Position numbers and translations under genes: made by a program. The notes beneath the pieces are model-generated. The model saw nothing but the letters and a program-made list of their open reading frames with translations, was not told the origin of the DNA and searched no databases. Source: Anaerotignum sp. (lineage in GTDB: Bacteria > Bacillota > Clostridia > Lachnospirales > Anaerotignaceae). From it: 64,000 nt of DNA. How positions within the stretch are numbered: the first letter of the stretch is position 1; each line of letters opens with the position of its first letter. Below, in pieces: positions 50,113 through 59,362 of this stretch. The stretch spans positions 966 to 64,965 of the forward strand of contig NZ_DAOUQB010000010.1 of assembly GCF_030625865.1 (NCBI RefSeq), in the 5' to 3' direction.

Positions 50113-52248
50113 CTACTGCTTGCTTTTGATATACTCCATAGCCTCATCCAGAGGAATTGCCTTATTAAAAAGATATCCTTGAAAAAGTTCACATCCTAAA
50201 TCCCGTAAAAGATCCATCTGCTCTTTTGTTTCAACATACTCAGCCAGAACGGTATAATTTAGTGTCTGTCCAAGGGATATAATGGATGACACAATATTTT
50301 GACAATTTTTATTATTCAATATTTCTTTTACAAGAGAACCGTCAAGCTTAACCGTATCAAAATTATATTCTTTTAAATACATCAATGAACTATGTCCCAT
50401 GCCAAAATCATCCATAGATAGCTTAATGCCAAGGACGTTAAATGCATCAAGTAACCCTTTTATTTTTCTGTTCACCTCCAAAGCAAGTCTTTCCGTAATT
50501 TCTATTTCTAGTTCCCCCGGAGCCAGATGATACTGTTTAAGTGCTTTTCTAAGAACATCAACAAACCCCTTGTCCTCCAGCTGAGAGGTGGAAATATTAA
50601 CACAAACATAAATATTTCGAAAACCCTTTTTCTTTAGTGTATCCAAATCACGGCAAGCCGTATCGATAATCCAATCCCCAAGCTTAGTCATGATAATCGC
50701 CTCTTCCGCAAGGGCAATCATCAACGGCGGATAGATAAAACCATAACTGTTGTGTTTCCACCTTAAAAGGGCCTCCATGCAGACCACATTCCCCTGACAG
50801 TCAACAATAGGTTGATAATACAGGTTTAATTTGTTATTGCGTAAGTCATCCTCAAGGTCAGCTTCCAACGCTCTGGCAATACTCCCGACATCGTCGTATC
50901 TTGACAGAAGAGAGGACATTACACCTCGATCTTCACTTATTTTAAAAGCATCCAAAACTTTTTTTAAATTCCCATCCCTTTGTGACTGATAAGCTTTTTC
51001 CCACAGCTTAACAAAAGGAACATAACAAATTGTTCCCACACATAAGTTAAACAGCTGTAACAGGCTTCCTCTAATGGATCCCGTGGAAATATACCCGCTC
51101 AAAAAAACAGGTGTTGTCCACTCAACATGATATATTGCTAGGGGTACTAATCCAATTTTTATAATGAAAAGAGAAAATATCATCATAAACAAGGGAACAC
51201 CCAAAAAAGGAATTACAAAAATCGGGTTAAATACAATAGGAATTCCAAAGACCATTAGTTCATTAATATTGAATAAAACCGGTATAAGGGAAAATTTAGA
51301 AAGTTGCTGCTGACTTTTGTTTTTGCCCACCAATAAAATAGCAAGGACAAGGCAAAGCATGGTACCACATCCTCCCATCAAAACAAATGTATCACAGAAG
51401 GTTTTCGAAAAAATCTCACTTGGATAAATCCCCAAATTCATAAGTTCCAAATTGTTATCTAACACAGGAACAAAAATCCCCTGTGCTACAGGCTCCAACA
51501 TATTACTGCCATGTATCCCTAAAAGCCACAAAACATGGGTAAGAAGAATAAACAAAACACCTCTAAAAAAATCAGAATGGATATTCATAAAAAGTATTGA
51601 TAGCTTTCCAGAAATAAAAATTTGTAAGTCTGTAATATCAAAGAAATAAGAAAAAATTTTATTTGTGCATGCAAAAATTGCGATGGTAATTCCACTCGGT
51701 AAAAAAAGTGAGAGCGCTAAGTTAAAGCCCGGATTGGCTCCATCTGTTCCCAGCCTAATTTTGAATCTTTTTACAGAAGAAAACTCTCTAAAAAGGATAG
51801 AAGATAAAATCGCTACCATCAGTGCACTAAAAACACCGAAAACACCAAAATTGACAATCAAAAATTCAGGTTTTGTAATGCCGTATAATGCCGTAAATGA
51901 AGCCAATGATGTCATTGCTGCAATAATCGGGCTAACATAATCTCTATAATCATTCATTTCCTGTGCATATGAATAACTGATAGAAATAACGGCTATTAAT
52001 GAAAAAGAATTGTATGTACCGTCACGGATATATTCAAACACATTTTTCCAGTTTGTCCCAAACATATTCAACATAAACTGTTGATAACTCTGTATAGGCA
52101 AACTCATAATTACAAGGGCAAATGACCCAAGCAAAACAAATGGCATCATAAAAGTAAACCCGTTTCGCACGGCCCGCAGTAATGGCTTGCTAATGATTTT
52201 GTCGTTAAGCCTAGATAAGAATTCAAAAAAACCAGTAAATGATGGCAT
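50113..52248 (-). CDS. PTS EIIC-like membrane domain fused to an EAL c-di-GMP phosphodiesterase domain
   Basis: The N-terminus ..LLRAVRNGFTFMMPFVLLGSF.. and ~10 TM helices resemble lactose/cellobiose-family EIIC. The C-terminal ~250 aa carry EAL motifs (EIEITE, DDFGMGHSSL, QGYLF). Confidence 0.8.
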   Translation of the reverse strand: MPSFTGFFEFLSRLNDKIISKPLLRAVRNGFTFMMPFVLLGSFALVIMSLPIQSYQQFMLNMFGTNWKNVFEYIRDGTYNSFSLIAVISISYSYAQEMNDYRDYVSPIIAAMTSLASFTALYGITKPEFLIVNFGVFGVFSALMVAILSSILFREFSSVKRFKIRLGTDGANPGFNLALSLFLPSGITIAIFACTNKIFSYFFDITDLQIFISGKLSILFMNIHSDFFRGVLFILLTHVLWLLGIHGSNMLEPVAQGIFVPVLDNNLELMNLGIYPSEIFSKTFCDTFVLMGGCGTMLCLVLAILLVGKNKSQQQLSKFSLIPVLFNINELMVFGIPIVFNPIFVIPFLGVPLFMMIFSLFIIKIGLVPLAIYHVEWTTPVFLSGYISTGSIRGSLLQLFNLCVGTICYVPFVKLWEKAYQSQRDGNLKKVLDAFKISEDRGVMSSLLSRYDDVGSIARALEADLEDDLRNNKLNLYYQPIVDCQGNVVCMEALLRWKHNSYGFIYPPLMIALAEEAIIMTKLGDWIIDTACRDLDTLKKKGFRNIYVCVNISTSQLEDKGFVDVLRKALKQYHLAPGELEIEITERLALEVNRKIKGLLDAFNVLGIKLSMDDFGMGHSSLMYLKEYNFDTVKLDGSLVKEILNNKNCQNIVSSIISLGQTLNYTVLAEYVETKEQMDLLRDLGCELFQGYLFNKAIPLDEAMEYIKSKQ

Positions 52249-52582
52249 TTATATCTCACCCCACCTGTTTTTGTGTCACATATTTTATGAGCAACATTTT
52301 TTTATTTTTTATCAAGCTAATGAATTAAAAAATTTTTGAAATTTCTAAATTATAATGTTTCATTATATCATTCCAGTAAATTCCAAACAAGATTTTTTTA
52401 CAAAATAACCCATATTTAAAACAATATTCCTATGAAAGGTTAAAAACTTGTATGCGCATACTTCAAATATAAAAACGGCTTTCATGCTACAATACAACCT
52501 CATAAAGAAAAAGGAAAACAAGACACAAATTTTAAAAAAGCCAATTCTATGTTTTTACCTTCTTCCTATACTTCTTATCTCC

Positions 52583-52632
52583 ATAAAAAAAAACTCCCTT
52601 CTCTTATTTATTCAAGTAAAAGAAAGAAGTTT
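52583..52632 (-). terminator. probable intrinsic terminator after gap paralog 1
   Basis: Imperfect hairpin AAACTTCTTTCTT / AAGAGAAGGGAGTTT (minus strand) followed by T8. Confidence 0.45.
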
Positions 52633-52747
52633 TCATTGTCATGCTAGATTTTCAGCCGTATCCACAACTTATCATACTAATCAATGTCATAATTGGTGTT
52701 TCATATCAATAAACATAATGCTTACAAAAACTCATCAAACCCTTTTA

Positions 52748-53767
52748 TTATACGTTATCAACTGCATACATATGGGCAATTAAATCAACAACCTTATTGC
52801 TATAGCCCCATTCATTGTCATACCAAGCAATTAATTTTACAAAATTATCATCAAGCATAATACCTGCCTTTTCATCGAAAATACAAGTATTTGAATCCCC
52901 TAAAAGGTCACAAGAGACAATTTCGTCATTCATATAGCTAACAATACCTTTCATTGTTGTCTCTGAAGCTTCCTTTACTTTTGCACAAAGCTCTTCATAT
53001 GTAGTAGGTGTTTTCAAGCGAGCCGTCAAGTCCACAACAGAGACATCGTTTGTTGGTACACGAAAAGACATACCTGTCAATTTTCCTTGCAATTCAGGAA
53101 TTACAAGGCCAACAGCCTTTGCAGCACCTGTTGTAGAAGGGATAATATTACCAAATACAGAGCGTCCTGTTCTCCAATCACGGCCTGCTCTTGCATCAAC
53201 GGCTTTTTGTTTTGCTGTCGCAGAGTGAATTGTAGACATCAAGCCCTGTTCTATCCCAAAATTGTCATGTACAATTTTTACCAGAGGTGCCAAGCAGTTA
53301 GTTGTACAAGAAGCATTTGAAACAATATCATACTCACTTTTATATTCCATATGATTTACGCCCATTACAAATGTTGGCATTACATTGTCTTTGGATGGCG
53401 CAGTTAAAATTACCTTCTTTGCCCCACCAATTTTATGCAATCCAGCTTTTAAAACTGTATTGAACGCACCGGTGGATTCAATGATGTATTCAGCTCCACA
53501 CCCTGCCCAGTCAATTAACCCAGCATCACTTTCACTGAATACGTGTATTTTTTTCCCATTTACAATTAAACAGTTTTCTCCAGTTTCAATTTGTCCATTA
53601 AAACGTCCAAAAACACTATCATATTTCAACTGATAAGCCATATAGTCCAATTCAGCATTTCTTAAATTGATCCCACAAAGTTCAAACTCATCCTGTCTGT
53701 TCATTAATGCTCTAAATACCACTCGACCAATACGTCCAAAACCATTGATACCAACTTTAATTGCCAT
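52748..53767 (-). CDS. gap: glyceraldehyde-3-phosphate dehydrogenase, divergent paralog
   Basis: [15 protein letters not shown].., catalytic SNASCTTN, and C-terminal [11 protein letters not shown]. The canonical INDPF after the Rossmann strand is replaced by INLRNA. Start after GAGAGGGGA. Confidence 0.85.
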   Translation of the reverse strand: MAIKVGINGFGRIGRVVFRALMNRQDEFELCGINLRNAELDYMAYQLKYDSVFGRFNGQIETGENCLIVNGKKIHVFSESDAGLIDWAGCGAEYIIESTGAFNTVLKAGLHKIGGAKKVILTAPSKDNVMPTFVMGVNHMEYKSEYDIVSNASCTTNCLAPLVKIVHDNFGIEQGLMSTIHSATAKQKAVDARAGRDWRTGRSVFGNIIPSTTGAAKAVGLVIPELQGKLTGMSFRVPTNDVSVVDLTARLKTPTTYEELCAKVKEASETTMKGIVSYMNDEIVSCDLLGDSNTCIFDEKAGIMLDDNFVKLIAWYDNEWGYSNKVVDLIAHMYAVDNV

Positions 53768-53927
53768 AGTGTATCCCCTCTCATCGTTTGAAAAACTATT
53801 TTTCAAAGTTTATTTTAGCACAATTAGCAAAAAAAAAAGCTGAAAAACAGCAAAAAAATAATTTTCAGAACTCTAACCAGAATCATTCCCCTTTGCGTTT
53901 TTAAGTTTATGAAAACTAGATATGGAC

Positions 53928-53987
53928 GTGGGACACTTTTCGTCCAAATTCCTATTTTTGCATAAAAATGTGGGACATTTTTTGTCC
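53928..53987. promoter_or_regulatory. tandem GGGACA-N6-GTCC repeats (CggR/SorC-type operator-like)
   Basis: GTGGGACACTTTTCGTCC (53928-53945) and GTGGGACATTTTTTGTCC (53970-53987) lie 42 bp apart, upstream of gap paralog 1. Confidence 0.45.
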
Positions 53988-54274
53988 TATATTTCTGGCA
54001 GTTTTTTTTAGAAAGTACAAAGATAAATAATTTGCCATAAAAATAATAAAATCTTTGAAAAACGCTGAGAGAAAATAAATCACATTCTGTCCTTAAACAA
54101 CTCTGCTATCTCATCTAGACTCTTTCAAATTTCATATTTATTTCCTGTAATTATGGGCAAAATAGAAATATTAATCTTTTAATCATAGGAAATATAAAGC
54201 AGTATTAATTCGTAGATTTTTGTATAAAAATATGATAAAATAAAAAAATACTTGATTCAAAGGAGGGCAAGATT

Positions 54275-54625
54275 ATGGACTTGTTATATAAGCTTATGAC
54301 AACAATTACAGAAGCAGCTATTTTACTGTTTGAATTTGTCGGTGTAGCTGTTCTTATTGTGGCAGGTGTGTTTGGTATCTATAGCTATATTCGTCGGGAT
54401 CCCCATGCGCGCCTTAACCTTGCCAAGGGAATGGCTATGGCTCTTGAATTTAAACTTGGTGGGGAAATTTTACGCACCGTTATTGTACATGACTTTTCTG
54501 AACTTTTAGTGGTAGGTGGTACAATCTTGTTGCGTGCGGCTTTGGCCTTCTTGATTTATTGGGGAATTAAAAACGAAGAATCGGTAACTGAGCCAAAAGA
54601 AAAAGATTGCCAAGACACGCCCTAG
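54275..54625 (+). CDS. DUF1622-like small membrane protein
   Basis: 116 aa, 3 TM helices, with an ..ALEFKLGGEILRTV.. motif. RBS is AAAGGAGGG. Confidence 0.6.
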   Translation: MDLLYKLMTTITEAAILLFEFVGVAVLIVAGVFGIYSYIRRDPHARLNLAKGMAMALEFKLGGEILRTVIVHDFSELLVVGGTILLRAALAFLIYWGIKNEESVTEPKEKDCQDTP

Positions 54626-54862
54626 GAATTGCCAAAACTCTTAAAATAGAGTGTTTCAATAAAAATTTTCTAGTAAAACTAACCCCTCATAACTCTATTC
54701 CAATATGAAAATTGTTTTCTCTAAAATTAAGGATTCTTTTTGGTTTCCATTCTGATTACAAAATATTCTAGTACTTATATTTCTTCTAATGCTTTTCCTT
54801 TTTCTATTTATTTTTCCTTCAATTTCACACTCAATCAGCTGATTTATGTTTTAACTTTTTTC

Positions 54863-54916
54863 AAAAAAGTACCCTTTCTTCTATCAATTTCAATAAAAGA
54901 AAGGGTATCATTTTTG
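54863..54916. terminator. bidirectional intrinsic terminator
   Basis: TACCCTTTCTT-16 nt-AAGAAAGGGTA flanked by an A-run and a T-run, between convergent genes. Confidence 0.7.
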
Positions 54917-54999
54917 TTATATTTTCAAACACCTATCTGGCTAAAATAACAATAATTGGCATTTAAAACCTTAGTATATTCTAATAATAGAGACTTTTA

Positions 55000-56019
<1,020 letters not shown>

Positions 56020-56188
56020 TCATTTTTAATAGATAACTGTAAATTTTCGGCAAAACAATTATCTAAAATCAGTATACCACATTTTTCGTCTTAAAAAAAG
56101 AAAAAATGGCAAATCACGGTGGATTTTCTTCAATCGAAAAATTGAAAACCTACTTCCATTCTTCCCAACCAAGCAGAAACCATTCTCC

Positions 56189-56290
56189 TTAATATTCTTC
56201 TGAACAGAGCATATCAATAATTGATAATGTTAATAGAGCAGCAGATACGGCAAGAGAAACTGCACTCACTACCAAACGAGATACTTTCAC
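56189..56290 (-). CDS. 33-aa hydrophobic peptide with acidic C-terminus (unannotated small ORF)
   Basis: AAAGGAGGT lies 7 nt before a GTG start. The product is MKVSRLVVSAVSLAVSAALLTLSIIDMLCSEEY*. A plausible TTTACT-17-TAAAAT promoter lies upstream. Below the ORF-track cut-off. Confidence 0.4.
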   Translation of the reverse strand: MKVSRLVVSAVSLAVSAALLTLSIIDMLCSEEY

Positions 56291-56400
56291 AAAATTACCT
56301 CCTTTCGGAAAAACTTGCAAATTATATGGAAATATTTTATCATGTTACCCATAAGAAGTAAAATAAAATCATTAAATTTTTAAAAGGATGTGCTCTTTTT

Positions 56401-56766
56401 ATGATTTTTATCGGGGGTATTGCCCAAGGCCGGAAGGATTTAGGCTTTTTACAAACTTTAGTTTGTAAAAAATGCGGACGCTACAGCAGTGTTTCCGTTT
56501 ATATGGTTTACACATATTTTAGCTTTTTCTTTATACCACTATTCAAATGGGGTAAAAAATACTATGCAGTTTCAAACTGCTGTCAAACAACTTTTTCTAT
56601 TTCTGACGAAATAGGCAAAGCGATTGAACGAGGAGAATCTGTAACTTTACAGGAAGATGATTTAGAAATTATAGGTATGGCACATAATTCTTCCTACTGC
56701 CCTGACTGCGGTTTTTTATTATCTCCTGATTATACTTATTGTCCCAAGTGTGGCAGAAAATTATAA
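56401..56766 (+). CDS. zinc-ribbon domain protein with a central TM segment
   Basis: CKKCG..., CPDCG and CPKCG pairs; 121 aa. Confidence 0.6.
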   Translation: MIFIGGIAQGRKDLGFLQTLVCKKCGRYSSVSVYMVYTYFSFFFIPLFKWGKKYYAVSNCCQTTFSISDEIGKAIERGESVTLQEDDLEIIGMAHNSSYCPDCGFLLSPDYTYCPKCGRKL

Positions 56767-56783
56767 CCTTTTTTACAAAAACT

Positions 56784-56831
56784 TGGCTCATGACAGCATA
56801 ATACTATATGCAAATCATGAGCCATTTTTTA
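56784..56831 (+). terminator. intrinsic terminator
   Basis: TGGCTCATGA-21 nt-TCATGAGCCA followed by TTTTTT. Confidence 0.7.
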
Positions 56832-56953
56832 TTTAAGAATTTTTTAAAGCACACTGAATTTTTATTTGATTCACAATAACTAACACTTCTCCGTATAAAA
56901 ATTATCCTCTCCACAGGATTTTATCCTTGCATCTTAATAATACATTTTTTCCA

Positions 56954-57667
56954 TTAATCATTTGACAGCCGCTTTCGCATGCGTTCCAAAACCTTTTTTT
57001 CAATGCGTGAAACCTGAACTTGCGAAATACCCATTCGTTTTGCAACCTCCGTCTGTGTTCGATCTTCAAAATAGCGAAGGATTATGATTTGTTTTTCCTT
57101 AACCTCAAGGCTATCCAGCGCTTCCATTAAGCAAAGGCGATTAATTACCTGTTCTCCGTCTTCTTTTGATGCCAGCTTGTCCTGCACCTGCAAATCCTCC
57201 TGCTGAGAAATCGGTGCGTTTAGGCTTTCCACCTCTTTTTTTGCTTCCAAGGCCGGGACAAGTTGCTCCACTTCAACATCCAAGGCTTGAGCAAGTTCTT
57301 GTAATGTAACCTCCCGATTGGTTTCCTGTTGAAGCTTTTCCTGCATTCTTTTTGCCTTTGCTGCCAGCTCCTTTAGGCTACGGCTTATCTTTATCGTTCC
57401 GTCATCCCTAAGAAACCTGCGTATTTCCCCAATAATCATAGGTACAGCATAAGTTGAAAATTTCACTTCATAGGAAAAATCAAATTTCTCAATACATTTT
57501 AAAAGACCAATTGCTCCTATTTGATAGAGATCCTCCATTTCAACACCTCTACCCTGAAACCGTCTGGCAACACTCCAAACCAAACCGGAATTTTCTTGCA
57601 GCAATATCTCTTTTGCCTGCCGATCTCCCTCTTTTGCCTGCCGAATGAGTTCCTGTGTCCTATCCAT
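56954..57667 (-). CDS. sigF: sporulation sigma factor sigma-F
   Basis: 237-aa sigma-70 family protein (regions 2-4). It is the third gene after spoIIAA-spoIIAB. Confidence 0.85.
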   Translation of the reverse strand: MDRTQELIRQAKEGDRQAKEILLQENSGLVWSVARRFQGRGVEMEDLYQIGAIGLLKCIEKFDFSYEVKFSTYAVPMIIGEIRRFLRDDGTIKISRSLKELAAKAKRMQEKLQQETNREVTLQELAQALDVEVEQLVPALEAKKEVESLNAPISQQEDLQVQDKLASKEDGEQVINRLCLMEALDSLEVKEKQIIILRYFEDRTQTEVAKRMGISQVQVSRIEKKVLERMRKRLSND

Positions 57668-57677
57668 GGTAATCCCC

Positions 57678-58106
57678 TCATTCCGTAGTCAATGTTTTCA
57701 CCATATAAATTCTGGTACCCTCTCCCTGCCTGCTTTCAACTCTAATGCCTTCCATAAAAGTTTCCATTATGGTAAATCCCATCCCTGAGCGCTCCAGTTC
57801 CGGTTTAGATGTATACAGTGGTTCTCTGGCCTGATTAATATCTGCAATTCCCTTCCCTTGATCAGCCACCTCTATGTAAACTTGTCCATCCTTATAACCA
57901 CAAAACAGTTCAACTTCCCCTGTTTTTTCTTCATAACCATGAATAATTGCATTGGTAACCGCTTCGGAAACTGCTGTTTTTACATCCGTAATTTCAGACA
58001 ATGTAGGATCATATTGTGATAAAAATGCCGCCGTCATGATTCTTGCTAAAGCTTCATTTTGAGATTTTGCGGCGAAAAAAACGCGAAATGCATTCTGATA
58101 TTCCAT
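57678..58106 (-). CDS. spoIIAB: anti-sigma-F factor (serine kinase)
   Basis: 142 aa with ..AVSEAVTNAIIHGY.. and ..DQGKGI...ERSGMGF.. GHKL ATPase motifs. Confidence 0.9.
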   Translation of the reverse strand: MEYQNAFRVFFAAKSQNEALARIMTAAFLSQYDPTLSEITDVKTAVSEAVTNAIIHGYEEKTGEVELFCGYKDGQVYIEVADQGKGIADINQAREPLYTSKPELERSGMGFTIMETFMEGIRVESRQGEGTRIYMVKTLTTE

Positions 58107-58456
58107 TATTCCTTTCCTCCTTCCACATATTCCAAAGCCAAATCTAAATTAGGAAATGATGGAATAAGGGATTGCATCGCCGATAGCTGAAAAATCTGTT
58201 CCACCCGTTGGTTCGCTTCTGCAACTGCAATTCTGCCCCCCAGCCTTTGGATATTTTTATATCGCCCGATGATTGCACCAATACCGGAGCTGTCCATAAA
58301 CGAAACGTCCCCCATACGGAAAATAATATTTTTACCGCCCATTTTTTCAAAAGCACGATCCGTTTCTCCTCGTAGTGTCTCACAAGTATGATGGTCAATT
58401 TCTCCGTCTATTTTGATAATCAGTGTTCTGTTTCGTTTAAAAAATTTAAGTTCCAT
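58106..58456 (-). CDS. spoIIAA: anti-anti-sigma-F factor (STAS domain)
   Basis: Starts MELKFFKRNRTLIIKIDGEIDHH after GGAAGGAGGA. The ..DVSFMDSSGIG.. phosphorylatable-serine motif is present. The ORF-track upstream extension has no RBS. Confidence 0.85.
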   Translation of the reverse strand: MELKFFKRNRTLIIKIDGEIDHHTCETLRGETDRAFEKMGGKNIIFRMGDVSFMDSSGIGAIIGRYKNIQRLGGRIAVAEANQRVEQIFQLSAMQSLIPSFPNLDLALEYVEGGKE

Positions 58457-58662
58457 GAAATTCCTCCTTCCTAAATAACTATACATGATTTTTTGACCCA
58501 TGCTCTCAAAATCCATCATCAAATTCTCCCTTGTCACGACATGTCCTCGAAAAAAAGGACAAAAAATCTTTCTTTCAGACACGCACGTAAGAAAAACTTA
58601 TAACATACAATAAATCTATAACACGATTTCACTGGTTTTTTGAAAATTTTGGGGGTGAGTAT

Positions 58663-59325
58663 GTGCTAGTTTTTTTTATGGCTTTGCCATGTTTGTTTGC
58701 CTTTTCTTCTGCCGGGGCCTTTCCGAAACCATTGTCAAAAGAAGAGGAAGCCTTTTATTTAAACCTGTATCAAACAGGAAATGAAGCGGAAAAGAAAGAA
58801 GCAAAGGATAATCTGATTCTTCATAATCTTCGGCTGGTAGCCCATATCGCAAAAAAATATTCGGGCAACGCAAGAGAACCAGAAGAATTAATCTCCATCG
58901 GAATAATCGGTCTAATCAAGGCTGTCGATTCATATAACACAGAGAAAAATGTAAGACTGGTTTCTTACGCAGCCAAATGTATTCAAAATGAATTACTCAT
59001 GTGGCTAAGAAGTGGAAAAAAATTTCAAAACGATATATCTCTTCATGAACCCATTGGTACTGACAGAGATGGCAACGAAATCGTCATGCTGGATATCATA
59101 AACAGCGACAATCCTGATTTTGTAGATACCATTGATTTTTCTATTAAATCCGAAAAAATGCTAAATGCCGTAAAAACCGTTTTATCCCCTAGAGAAAGGA
59201 CAGTTATCATACTCCGATACGGTTTGATGAATCAAGATATTCTAACCCAACAAGAAATCGCTGAACGATTAGGAATATCCCGCTCTTACTCTCCTGATAT
59301 TTTAGGGCTAAACTTTTTTAAATAA
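58663..59325 (+). CDS. sigK: pro-sigma-K, 5' segment only (gene interrupted after Tyr209 in region 4.2)
   Basis: A hydrophobic pro-sequence is followed by AFPKPLSKEEE, HNLRLVAHIAKKY and ..QQEIAERLGISRSY. Homology to sigma-K (..ISRSYVSRIEKRAL..) then stops, and 11 unrelated codons (SPDILGLNFFK) run into a stop. Confidence 0.8.
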   Translation: MLVFFMALPCLFAFSSAGAFPKPLSKEEEAFYLNLYQTGNEAEKKEAKDNLILHNLRLVAHIAKKYSGNAREPEELISIGIIGLIKAVDSYNTEKNVRLVSYAAKCIQNELLMWLRSGKKFQNDISLHEPIGTDRDGNEIVMLDIINSDNPDFVDTIDFSIKSEKMLNAVKTVLSPRERTVIILRYGLMNQDILTQQEIAERLGISRSYSPDILGLNFFK

Positions 59326-59362
59326 TATGCAGGAATAACCCAATATTTTTATTCCTGCATAT
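59325..59362. terminator. perfect 14-bp hairpin between the two stop codons
   Basis: ATATGCAGGAATAA-cccaatattt-TTATTCCTGCATAT. It spans exactly from the stop of the sigK fragment to the stop of recombinase 1. Confidence 0.65.

Noticed and set aside
56030-56075. Inverted repeat AGATAATTGT-N13-ACAGTTATCT between the gap promoter and RBS, as a possible operator (Rex/CcpA).
   Set aside because: It does not match the Rex (TTGTGAA-N-TTCACAA) or cre consensus. It is a single imperfect 10-bp repeat in AT-rich DNA, which is insufficient.
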